A stretch of DNA of 64,000 nucleotides, taken from the NCBI GenBank assembly GCA_903922605.1, contig CAIXUG010000069.1:8603-72602 (forward strand). The letters run 5' to 3'. Under the pieces are notes generated by a model. It was not told the origin of the DNA. It made no database searches and saw only the letters and a program-made list of their open reading frames with translations. Position 1 is the stretch's first letter, and the number at the start of each line of letters is the position of its first letter. Of the stretch, positions 26,414 to 35,239 are shown piece after piece. The position numbers and the translations under genes are program-made. This DNA comes from an uncultured Verrucomicrobiota bacterium (lineage in GTDB: Bacteria > Verrucomicrobiota > Verrucomicrobiia > Limisphaerales > UBA9464).

Positions 26414-28054
26414 CTACTTGTTGACCACCACAGTGTGGCCAGCGGGCTCGGCCACCAGCCGCTCCAGGCGCTGCAGGCGGGCTTCGCGCAACTGATCCTG
26501 GGTTTCCAGGCTCGCGACAGTCGCACCGAGCGTCTTCCGCTCCTGTTGCAGGCGGGCAACGTCGGCGCGCAACTCGGCCACTTCGGCATCACGGGCCTGG
26601 AGGCGGGTCTTCAGTTCCTTGACCGCCTCCACGAGAACCGCGTCAAACTCGAACGGCAGGCTCACACTTCGGACCTTGCCGTCTTCGGTGAGCGACTTGT
26701 CGTGGGCAGCGGCGTCCACGGGGCTGACCCAGTTCGGAAAGACCGCCTCGATTTCCTGGGCGATGAAGCCGCCCTGCAGGCCCTGCTGGTTGGCGTGGTC
26801 CTCCGGGTTCTTCCATTCGAAGTTCACGCCGCGCAGCCGGGCGATCTGCTCCAGCGCGTTGGTAATGGTGGAAATGTTCTTCTTGATCCGGCGATCCGAG
26901 AAATTCGACCACGAACCACCGCCGGGCTTGCCCGCGTCGGCCCCGACCGTGAGCAGGAAGGGAGTGGTGGGCTGTCCGAGGCTCACGCGACCACTTTCAT
27001 CGATCATCATGCCGAACTGGTTCCGGCCCGGCTGAAGGAAAAGTCGGCGGCCAACGGGACTCAGAATATACGCATCCCCTCCCCGGGTGTTGCTGGCGTA
27101 GACGGCCTGATTATAGAGGTCGACCCCTATTCTCATGGCAAAGGAGGGGTTACCGATCTGCGCTGGCAGGACAATGTCCAGTTCGGAACCGCTGTTTTGA
27201 TCAAAGTTGCTGAACGTCTGGGGCGCGGTCGGGGAACTGGCGAAGGTCTGGGCCGAGCGGGTGGCGATGTTTCCCGAAAGGGCGCTGTCCGCGACTTTGC
27301 CCGACGTCTTGATCTGCGAGAGTTTGGCGTCGCTGATCGTGGCGAGCTTGGCCTCGGTGATGGACCCATCGACAATCTTGGTCGCGTCCACGGAATTGGC
27401 CGCGAGCTGCGCCAGCCCCACCGAGCCGGCCGTCAGGTTTGCACCATTCAGGTTGGTCAGACCTTTACCGTTCCCCTCCACGGCCCCCCGCAGGCTCAGG
27501 GTCCCATTCGCCGTGGTCAAAACGGGCGCGCCCGTGTTGTCCAGGATCTGGTTGGCACTCCGGGCCAGCAGCGCATAGGGCCCCGGCAGGAACTGGATGC
27601 GCGGCGAGATCGCCGTCAGCGGACTGCCCACCGACATTTCCAGATAGCGGTCGGAGGCATCTTTGCCGGTGAAGACACTGCTCAGGTCAGGGCTGAAGGG
27701 TTCGCTGCCAAACTGGCTGCCTTCGCCCAGCAGCACGCTGAAGTGGCCCTTGTCGAGGGTGACGGTCTGCTGCGACGACCAGAGGAGGTTGCCACCGCTG
27801 CTGGCCGAAAGGATCCGGAAGACCACGGTGATGTTGGTCGGCGTGGTGTTCCCCAGGGGGGTGCCGTTGACATCCGTCAAAAAGCCCTGGTAGGCGACCT
27901 TGCCCGGGGGGTTGGCGGTCGCCTGGGCCCGGGCTTCCGGGGCGGCGACCAGGAGGAACAGGACCGAAGAGCACACGGCTACAGCGGCCCGCAGCGAGGG
28001 GCGAAGCTTTTTCATAGGAGGGACGACCGCAGTGTTGGGACGGAAAGTGTTCAT
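26414..28054 (-). CDS. module B: tail-fibre-like secreted protein with a C-terminal peptidase-S74 intramolecular chaperone domain and a coiled coil
   Basis: It carries the shared N-terminal fibre module ('KVAYQGFLTDVNGTPLG...LLWSSQQTVTLDKGHFSVLLGEG...PRIQFLPGPYALLA'). The S74 signature is 'SDRRIKKNISTITNALEQIARLRGVNFEWK...GFIAQEIEAVFPNWV...LVEAVKELK'. A heptad-rich tail follows. Confidence 0.88.
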   Translation of the reverse strand: MNTFRPNTAVVPPMKKLRPSLRAAVAVCSSVLFLLVAAPEARAQATANPPGKVAYQGFLTDVNGTPLGNTTPTNITVVFRILSASSGGNLLWSSQQTVTLDKGHFSVLLGEGSQFGSEPFSPDLSSVFTGKDASDRYLEMSVGSPLTAISPRIQFLPGPYALLARSANQILDNTGAPVLTTANGTLSLRGAVEGNGKGLTNLNGANLTAGSVGLAQLAANSVDATKIVDGSITEAKLATISDAKLSQIKTSGKVADSALSGNIATRSAQTFASSPTAPQTFSNFDQNSGSELDIVLPAQIGNPSFAMRIGVDLYNQAVYASNTRGGDAYILSPVGRRLFLQPGRNQFGMMIDESGRVSLGQPTTPFLLTVGADAGKPGGGSWSNFSDRRIKKNISTITNALEQIARLRGVNFEWKNPEDHANQQGLQGGFIAQEIEAVFPNWVSPVDAAAHDKSLTEDGKVRSVSLPFEFDAVLVEAVKELKTRLQARDAEVAELRADVARLQQERKTLGATVASLETQDQLREARLQRLERLVAEPAGHTVVVNK

Positions 28055-29883
28055 CAGTTCGAGGTGGTGAGGGTGGGAATGGTGCTGATGTTCTTGAGCA
28101 GGAACCGGCCGGTCATGTTGAAGGAGCGCACCTGGTCGCCCTGGCCATGGAAGGTCATGACCTCGGCGTAGTCCCCGCCGTAGGTGTCGGTGCCGGCCGT
28201 CAGGCTGGCGAAGTCATTCGCCGGCGGGGTGAACGCCAGCGTGATATGACGCACCACGGTATAGGACTCGACCCCCAGATCCTCAACGGTCCTGAAGTCG
28301 GCTTTCAGGTTGTCGTGGTCCGGATGAAAGGTGTGCAGGAAGGGATTGGAGGCGTGGTCATTGTAATCCAGCGTGACGTCGAAGGAGACGTTTGTGCCCA
28401 GACCGAACGCACCAGCGGTCTTCGCCCACGGGGTGTTGGTGAGCGCGAAGGGCAGATGCGCGGCGCTGATCCGGTGGGCGGACCCGATGCTGGCGGCATT
28501 CAGGAAGGATTCCCGCGTGGCCACCACCAGATTGCTGCCCAGGCCCGTCCCGACGAAAACGCGCTGCAGTAGGCTGACCTTCTGGCCGGCCGCATCATTG
28601 TGAAGAATGAGCCGGAGCGGCATCGGCTTCGCGACCGCGCCGAGAGCCGTGGTGACGCCCGTGGAAACATAGGGTGCGCCGTTGGTCGTGACCGGCGAAA
28701 GCATCGGGTTGCCATTGGCATCCAGCTGGTAGTCTTTCAGATACTGGGCGACCTGGGTGACATTCGCGTCGCCGACCCAGAGGCCGGAAGTGCCGGCCAC
28801 CGTCGCGGTGACCGGGACATCAATCTGGCTGAGCCCGCCCCCATCCGTGAAGCGGAGGATACCGCCATAGAGCTGTCCCGCCGGGGCGGACATGGCCTGG
28901 CGGTTCAGGCCGAGGACGATCTGAATGTCGGAGCCGGTCGAACCGGAAGGCGCGACGGTGAACGTTTGCGGGCTGGCCAAGGCCAGCACGGTGGAGGCGT
29001 AAATCTGGTTGGTGATGTCATACGCCCCGCGCACCAGCAACGGCGGCGTGCCGAAGGGCCGCGCCAGACCGGCAGGGGCGGCCTCGGAATCGAGCAGGCT
29101 CAGCGTGATCGTCTGGGTGGTGGCGGTATTGTTCTTGAGCCGGACGGAATACGTGCCGAGGCGGTCGCCAAAATCGACCCCCGAGCCGGTCTGGAGCGAC
29201 ACATCCACCGGGCTGTAGTAGTGGTTGAAGTAGGTGGGATCGGTCGAACGGATCCAAAAGGCCTCGCCGCGATTGACGAAGGCGTTAAAGAGCGGAACGG
29301 GGCCCACGATTTTGACGGGATTCGTGCCGGGAGCGAGGTCGCCGCCCGGGTAGCGATAGATTTCCACCGAGTCCTTGAAAGCCGGCGCCGGGGCCAGGAA
29401 CTGGGAAAACCGGGGCGCGGCTCCCGCCGGTGTGGGGAAGCCCAGGAAGTTCAGGCCCAGGGTTGACCATTGGTAGTTTGGCGCGACCGGCTTGCCGGTC
29501 AGGTTCCACACGTAATCGGCCGTGCCCGTGTTGTTCACGAGGTAGGCGGCATTGCCGATCAGCTGCGTGAGCGTGTCACTGACGGCGGAGCTGCGATCCC
29601 ATACAGCCCACTGGCTGTTCGCCGCCACGGGATCCTGCGGCGTGGTGACGAACTGGAGTTTGGAGGGCGGATTCCAGAGCCAGATTTCCTTGATCGGGCT
29701 GGCCGGTCCCACCAGGGCGTCCAGGTTGGTGTAAGAGGCGTCCACGTGGAGGAAGACGGCGTTCCAACCCGGCTTGAGGGTCATGGACTGCTTCTGCCAT
29801 TGGGCGTGCGCGGCGGGGAGGGCCAGAAACAGCGCCAGTATGGCCAGCAGCGCGCGAACGCGGAAAAGGGGGTTCGATTTCAT
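28054..29883 (-). CDS. module B: secreted 609-aa 'HPDHDN'-motif protein (intact paralogue of 13422..15923)
   Basis: Signal peptide 'LLAILALFLALPAAHA|QW'. 'NPFLHTFHPDHDNLKADF' lies near the C-terminus. The gene overlaps its upstream neighbour by 4 bp and its downstream neighbour by 1 bp (TGATG). Confidence 0.85.
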   Translation of the reverse strand: MKSNPLFRVRALLAILALFLALPAAHAQWQKQSMTLKPGWNAVFLHVDASYTNLDALVGPASPIKEIWLWNPPSKLQFVTTPQDPVAANSQWAVWDRSSAVSDTLTQLIGNAAYLVNNTGTADYVWNLTGKPVAPNYQWSTLGLNFLGFPTPAGAAPRFSQFLAPAPAFKDSVEIYRYPGGDLAPGTNPVKIVGPVPLFNAFVNRGEAFWIRSTDPTYFNHYYSPVDVSLQTGSGVDFGDRLGTYSVRLKNNTATTQTITLSLLDSEAAPAGLARPFGTPPLLVRGAYDITNQIYASTVLALASPQTFTVAPSGSTGSDIQIVLGLNRQAMSAPAGQLYGGILRFTDGGGLSQIDVPVTATVAGTSGLWVGDANVTQVAQYLKDYQLDANGNPMLSPVTTNGAPYVSTGVTTALGAVAKPMPLRLILHNDAAGQKVSLLQRVFVGTGLGSNLVVATRESFLNAASIGSAHRISAAHLPFALTNTPWAKTAGAFGLGTNVSFDVTLDYNDHASNPFLHTFHPDHDNLKADFRTVEDLGVESYTVVRHITLAFTPPANDFASLTAGTDTYGGDYAEVMTFHGQGDQVRSFNMTGRFLLKNISTIPTLTTSN

Positions 29884-31586
29884 GGCTTGCGAAAGAAATA
29901 CCAGGCCGGTTGCGGGTTGAGCCGTTGCAGGGCGGCCAGCGGGGTGCCGGCCTCATTCCGGCCGCCAAAGAAAAGCGCCTCGCTGCCGGTCCAGGCCGCC
30001 GTGGCCCCGCTGCGGGCCTGCGGAGCACCCGGATTGGAAAGCGGGCGCCAGCGGTCCGTGGCGGGATCGTAGGCACCGCCCGTGGCGGTGGTGCCGGTGG
30101 CGGTGACGCCGCCGTAAATGATCATCTCCGAACCGGTCCAGACCGCGCTGTGCTGTTCGCGCGCGGCGGGGGCACCGTCCGTGGACAAGGGCGTCCACAC
30201 GTTCTTCAACGGGTCGTACGCGGCCCCTTCCCCCAACGGACCGCCGTCGTTCACCCCGCCCCAGACCAGCATTTGCGTGCCCGTCCAGACGGCGGTGTGG
30301 GCGGCACGGAAAGCGGGCTCTCCTACAGTCTTGAATGGTTTCCACACGGGGTCGGGCACTCCATTGACGAACCGAAGCTGGGCGCCGCCGCCGAGGTAGG
30401 TGCCGTTTCGTTCTCCGCCCCAGACCAGCAGTCGGTCACCCGTCCAGACAGCGACCGCACCCGACCGGGTGGCAGGTGCGCCGCTCGTGGTCAGCGGCGT
30501 CCAGGCGTCGCTGACGGGATCATAGAGCGCACCGTCCATGAGGGTCGCGACGTCATTGCGCCCGCTCCAGATGAGCATCCGTGTGCCGGTCCAAACGGCC
30601 ACATGGCCTTCCCGGGGTGCCAGCGGTGAGGCGCTGAGGCCATGCCAGGACTGGCGGGTCAGCGAAAAGCGACCGCCATCCGCCAGATATCCCGTCCCGG
30701 AAAATCCGCCCCAGACGATCATCTCGCTGCCGGTCCAGACGGCGGTGTGACTCCGCCGGGCGCTCGGGGCGGCGAAGGGGGAAATCGCGGTCCAGACATC
30801 CGTATCCGGCTGGTACCAGCCACCGGTGGCCGAGTATTGAGGCGTCCCGGCCAGCGTTCCCAGCGCCCCACCCCAGATCACCAGCTCCTGCCCCGTCCAG
30901 ACGCCGCTCTGCCCCGAACGGGCCGAGGGGGCTTCATTGGCAGAACCGTTCACCCAGGCGGGCGCGGGCGTCTTCGAAATCAGGCGCAGACCGGCCGCCA
31001 GCGCCGGTGCGTCCGCCGGATCGGCGGAGGCGATGGCCGAACCGCTGGGCAGCTGGGCGAGCGGCACGGGGCCGGTGAGCTGGCCGGCGGCCACGCTGCC
31101 CGTCACCTGGCCCGCCGTTATCGCGTAGGGACTGGGCGCAATGCGCTGACGGGGTGCAAGCGTGCTGAACTCCCCTCCCCCATTGGTCCGCACGGCAATC
31201 TCCAGCCAGCGTTCCGCCCCCGGAAAACTCGCGCCGAAATCCAAAGTGACCGTGAACAGCCCCGCGACGACCGGTATGTCCAAGTTGGTGAGCGGCAACC
31301 CAATTGGCGAGGCCCCGCTCGCCGCATTCCACAGGCCGAATTGCAGGTCGTAAGTTCCGTTGGCGGCCACTCCATCGGCATCCAGCCGGCCCTGATAGGT
31401 GAAGGCCGTCCCCTGGGCCACGGCGCGGCCCGGGACCATGAGCAGCAGCGCGCAAAAGACCGGCCAGAGGGTGTTGGAGATGGATTTCACCGTTCGGTCC
31501 CCGTGAGGGGCACCGACAGGCAAAGAAGCGAAAAACGGAAAAGGGAGCGCGGAATCGCAAAATCTTTTGCGTCCGGCCGTCGTCAT
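29880..31586 (-). CDS. module B accessory: secreted protein with the fibre-type N-terminal module fused to a 7-bladed Kelch-like beta-propeller
   Basis: The N-module reads 'AFTYQGRLDADGVAANGTYDLQFGLW...VVAGLFTVTLDFG...WLEIAVRT...LAPRQRIAPSPYAITA'. Seven '(H)xAVWTGxEMxxWGG' repeats follow. The start may be the ATG at 31586 (4-bp overlap with the kinase stop) or the GTG at 31490, just before the signal peptide. Confidence 0.85.
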   Translation of the reverse strand: MTTAGRKRFCDSALPFPFFASLPVGAPHGDRTVKSISNTLWPVFCALLLMVPGRAVAQGTAFTYQGRLDADGVAANGTYDLQFGLWNAASGASPIGLPLTNLDIPVVAGLFTVTLDFGASFPGAERWLEIAVRTNGGGEFSTLAPRQRIAPSPYAITAGQVTGSVAAGQLTGPVPLAQLPSGSAIASADPADAPALAAGLRLISKTPAPAWVNGSANEAPSARSGQSGVWTGQELVIWGGALGTLAGTPQYSATGGWYQPDTDVWTAISPFAAPSARRSHTAVWTGSEMIVWGGFSGTGYLADGGRFSLTRQSWHGLSASPLAPREGHVAVWTGTRMLIWSGRNDVATLMDGALYDPVSDAWTPLTTSGAPATRSGAVAVWTGDRLLVWGGERNGTYLGGGAQLRFVNGVPDPVWKPFKTVGEPAFRAAHTAVWTGTQMLVWGGVNDGGPLGEGAAYDPLKNVWTPLSTDGAPAAREQHSAVWTGSEMIIYGGVTATGTTATGGAYDPATDRWRPLSNPGAPQARSGATAAWTGSEALFFGGRNEAGTPLAALQRLNPQPAWYFFRKP

Positions 31587-34500
31587 TCCGGACGCAGGCG
31601 ACGCCAGGTGTTGGAGAGGGAGGCGCGGTCGAGCGGAACCAAGCCCGCTTCCAGGTCAAACCGGTGCGAGGAAAGTATACGGGCGCGATCTGTCAGACGC
31701 TCATTTGATTCTGCATTCGGGGTCAGGTTCCAAATCCGCGCCTTGCCATCGGCGCTGACGACGAGGAGGCCATTTTCCCGGGGTAAAAAGCGGACCAGGA
31801 GCACCCGGTCGGCGTGTGTTAGCGACGGGCTCAGCGGTTTTCCCGTGTCGGCACCCCAGACCCGCGCGACGCCCCCGAACGTGCCGGTCGCGAGCATCCG
31901 GCTGTCGGGACTGAACGCGAACGCCGTCACGCGGGTCGCCTGCATGATGGGCGGCGCCATGGGTTGCCCGGTTGCCGCGTCCCAGACCAGCACGAGTGCG
32001 TCCTCGCCCGCCGTGGCCACCCGCCGCCCGTCGGGGCTGAAATCCACCATCAGCACGCCATCCCGGTGCATGAGCGGACCGGCCAGCCGTCGCCCGCTGT
32101 CGACCTCCCAGATAGATGCACCCAGTGGCGAATAGGATTGATCGACGGACGCCGTGACGAGGCGTTTTCCATCCGGACTGAAGGCCGCCCAGTCTACCAT
32201 CCCTTTCTGCTGGATCGTCGTGCCGACGGCATTGGACCCGTCGGTCTCGCGAATCTGGGCGGTCCCAGCCGCAGTGCCGATGACGAAGTGTTTTCCATCC
32301 GCGCTGAAGGCGCCAAACCGCATCCGCCAATCCGGATCGAGGACCCCGCCGATCTGCCGGCCCTGCGTCGGTTCCCAGAGTGTGGCACCATGCTCGCCGC
32401 TCACCAGCAAGCGGGTTTGGTCGGGGCTCAGGGCAAGATGTCTCACCGGCGGTTCAGGCCGGATTTCCCTTTCGGCGAGGCCATCAGGGCCCAACGGCCA
32501 GAGATGGATGACGCCATCGTCCGTCAGGTTAATCAGGTTCTCCCCATCGCCGCTTAACAGGCTTTGCGTCACGCGCCCTTCCTGCGGGACGCGGCGCACC
32601 AGCCGGCCGCTCGGCAAATCCCAGACTTTGGCGCCATCCGAGCTGCCGACCATGACGAGGCGCTGGGCAGCCCGATCCACGCTTGCGCTCGTGATCGGGG
32701 AGCCGTGTTCCAGGCTGAACGGCGAGGATTGCTCGCGGGACCAATGCCAGAGTTGCGCCACCCCATTCTCGGTGGCCGCCAGCACCCGGTCGCCTGCCCC
32801 ATCGAAGAACGCCGTGAAGACCAGGGCGCCATGGCGCAGAATGGGCCACGCCAGCTTGCCGGTGGCGGCATCAAACACCCGAGCGGTCAGGTCATAACCC
32901 GCGGCGACCACCCGTTTGCTGTCCGGACTGAAGGCCGCCATGGAAACGCCCACCGGGATCGGCTCCTCCCAGATCCGCTGGCCGGTCTCGCCATTCCAAA
33001 CGCGGACGAAGTTGTCGAAACCGACCGTCAGCAGCTTCGACCCATCCGGGCTGAAGACGCACTGGACCAGCCGCCGGTCCTTGTCAGTCTTCAACGGCAG
33101 GGCGACCTGCTCGCCGGTGGCGGCGTTCCAGATGTAGGCCACGCCCCCCCAGTTCTCATAGGTCGCCACTCGCTTCCCGTCCGGACTGAACGTCGCTCCC
33201 TCGACGCCCGTCCGGTGCTGGAGAAACAGCCGCGCGGTTGCGTGGTTGGCGACGTCCCAGATCCGGGCCGTCGAATCGTCGGAGGCAGTCAAAACAGACT
33301 GGCCATCCGGGCTGAACATGGCCTGCGTGACCGTCTTCGAGTGTTGAAACGGCTCGCCGATCTTTTCCCCGGTTTGCGGGTCCCAAATCTGCGCACCCTT
33401 GCCCACCCGCGTGATGATGGCACGGCCGTCCCGGCGAAAATCAACGCCCGGCACCATGGGCCGCCGATACCACGCCGAGGTGCATTGCAAGGCGTTGCCC
33501 AAGGGTTGTCCCGTGCGGCTGTTCCACACCTGCGCGGTACCGTCATCCGCACAGGTCACGAGCAGCTTCCCATCGGGGCTGAAGGCCGCGTAATAGACGG
33601 CGGCATTGTGGCGCAACGGCTCCATCAGCCGCTTGCCGGTCGAGGCATCCCAGAGGCAGGCCGTCTGGTCCTCGCTCGTCGTCACCAGCCGCCGTCCATC
33701 GGGACTGAACGTCGCAAAGGTCACCGGCCCGCCGTGAAAAAACATCGCCTCCACTTGCGGCGTCTCCCGCAAAAGGGCGCCCACGGCGACGCGTTGGAGG
33801 GCGAGCTCATCCGGGTCCGTTTCCAACTGCATTGCCTGCAGTTGCCAGTGCAAGGCGCCGGCCGCATCCCCGGCCTCGACCAGGCGTTCCGCCGTCGCGA
33901 GATTCAGGCGCACGAGTTGCACCCGCCGTTCCTCGCCCATGTTCGCCAACTTCTGTTTGGCCACGGTGGAGATGATGGAAATGGCGACTAGGGCGACCAC
34001 CGACGCGGTCAGCGCCAAGGCCCAGGCGGGATGCCGTCGGACCCATTTGGCCGCCCGCTCCCACGGTTTGATCGGCCGCGCCTGAATCGGCAGCCACTTG
34101 CGCCATCGCTCCAGATCATCGGCCAGGGCTTCCGCCGACGCATAACGGCGTTGCGGATTCTTCTCCAGGCAATGCAGGCAGATGGTGTCGAGATCCGGAT
34201 CGGCCTTCTGATTCAAAGACGACGGTGGGCGCGCTTCCTTTTCAATGACCTGCCGCACGGTATCCAGCGTCGTCCCCCCCGCGAATGGTGGCTGGCCGGC
34301 GATCAATTCGTAGAGGACAGCTCCCAGGCTGTATACATCCGCAGCCGTCGTGAGACCGGCCGTTTTCCCTTGGGCCTGTTCGGGCGAGATATAACTCGGC
34401 GTCCCCAGCATCGCCATGGTCCGGGTCAGGGCGGTGTCCCGCTCGATCAGTTTCGCCAGGCCAAAATCTGCCAGGAAGGGCTCCCCCTGTTCGTCCAGCA

Positions 34501-35044
34501 GGATATTGCTGGGCTTGATGTCGCGATGGATGATCCCGCGCTGATGCGCGAAATGGGCGGCGCGCGCCACCTTGATGACCAGGTCCACGGCGGCCTTCAG
34601 CCCGAGCGGCTCCCGGGCGAGCCGGTGGTCCAGGCTCTCGTGCAGCGGCCGCATGCTGAGAAACGGCTGCCCCCCGTGCTCGCCAAACTCATAGATCGGC
34701 ACGATGTTCGGATGATTCAGGCTGGCCGACGCCTCCGCCTCGATCTCAAAACGCTCCAGGAAGTCGGGCGAGGCGCTCGTGAACGCCACGAATTTCAGCG
34801 CCACGATCCGGTTCAGGCTCAGTTGCCGGGCCCGATAAATCACGCCCATGCCTCCGCGCGCGATTTCCCCGATCAGTTCGTAGTCGCCAAAGCGGCGGCC
34901 ACCGCCCAGTTCCAGCAGGGGTGCCGGTTCCGCTTCCGGCTCCAGCATGCTGCCCGCGAGGCAACTGGAACAAAGCCCTTGCGGCGCGCGCGTGGAAAGC
35001 GGGCGCCCGCACTTCGGACAGGTCGGGGCGAGGTCGATGGCCAT
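31583..35044 (-). CDS. Ser/Thr protein kinase with an N-terminal zinc ribbon, one TM helix and extracytoplasmic WD40 repeats
   Basis: 'CPKCGRPLSTRAPQGLCSSC' is the zinc ribbon. Hanks kinase motifs are 'GGMGVIYRA', 'VALK', 'HRDIKPSNILL', 'DFGLAK' and 'GTPSYISPEQ'. The TM helix is 'WALALTASVVALVAISIISTVA'. Many 'FSPDG..LVT.S.D.TA..WD' WD40 units follow. Confidence 0.93.
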   Translation of the reverse strand: MAIDLAPTCPKCGRPLSTRAPQGLCSSCLAGSMLEPEAEPAPLLELGGGRRFGDYELIGEIARGGMGVIYRARQLSLNRIVALKFVAFTSASPDFLERFEIEAEASASLNHPNIVPIYEFGEHGGQPFLSMRPLHESLDHRLAREPLGLKAAVDLVIKVARAAHFAHQRGIIHRDIKPSNILLDEQGEPFLADFGLAKLIERDTALTRTMAMLGTPSYISPEQAQGKTAGLTTAADVYSLGAVLYELIAGQPPFAGGTTLDTVRQVIEKEARPPSSLNQKADPDLDTICLHCLEKNPQRRYASAEALADDLERWRKWLPIQARPIKPWERAAKWVRRHPAWALALTASVVALVAISIISTVAKQKLANMGEERRVQLVRLNLATAERLVEAGDAAGALHWQLQAMQLETDPDELALQRVAVGALLRETPQVEAMFFHGGPVTFATFSPDGRRLVTTSEDQTACLWDASTGKRLMEPLRHNAAVYYAAFSPDGKLLVTCADDGTAQVWNSRTGQPLGNALQCTSAWYRRPMVPGVDFRRDGRAIITRVGKGAQIWDPQTGEKIGEPFQHSKTVTQAMFSPDGQSVLTASDDSTARIWDVANHATARLFLQHRTGVEGATFSPDGKRVATYENWGGVAYIWNAATGEQVALPLKTDKDRRLVQCVFSPDGSKLLTVGFDNFVRVWNGETGQRIWEEPIPVGVSMAAFSPDSKRVVAAGYDLTARVFDAATGKLAWPILRHGALVFTAFFDGAGDRVLAATENGVAQLWHWSREQSSPFSLEHGSPITSASVDRAAQRLVMVGSSDGAKVWDLPSGRLVRRVPQEGRVTQSLLSGDGENLINLTDDGVIHLWPLGPDGLAEREIRPEPPVRHLALSPDQTRLLVSGEHGATLWEPTQGRQIGGVLDPDWRMRFGAFSADGKHFVIGTAAGTAQIRETDGSNAVGTTIQQKGMVDWAAFSPDGKRLVTASVDQSYSPLGASIWEVDSGRRLAGPLMHRDGVLMVDFSPDGRRVATAGEDALVLVWDAATGQPMAPPIMQATRVTAFAFSPDSRMLATGTFGGVARVWGADTGKPLSPSLTHADRVLLVRFLPRENGLLVVSADGKARIWNLTPNAESNERLTDRARILSSHRFDLEAGLVPLDRASLSNTWRRLRPE

Positions 35045-35100
35045 GAATTACTACGACTGCCTCCGTTCCAGAAGGAAAACAGCGGATTGGGAGCCCGGTG

Positions 35101-35128
35101 AATTTCGAATGACGAATTTCGAATGACG
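35101..35128. repeat. tandem 14-mer (aatttcgaatgacg) x2 in the gap between the two kinase genes
   Basis: There are two exact copies, at 35101-35114 and 35115-35128, followed by a partial 'aat'. Each contains the palindrome TTCGAA. The same 195-bp gap has short direct repeats 'cactggct' x2 and 'ccgcgct' x3 at 35190-35235. Confidence 0.8.
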
Positions 35129-35239
35129 AATGGAAGAAACCCCGTTCATTGCTGCGCCCCCGCGCCCTTTCTCCTCTGCTCCCTCTCTCACTCACTGGCT
35201 CACTGGCTCACTCCGCGCTTCCGCGCTCCCCGCTCCGCG

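Noticed and set aside
12249-28054. The tail-collar and S74 tail-fibre domains could indicate a prophage, a tailocin or a contractile injection system.
   Set aside because: No capsid, portal, terminase, sheath, tube, baseplate, integrase or lysis genes occur anywhere in the 64 kb. The fibre-like genes have Sec signal peptides and sit in operons with cellular-type genes.
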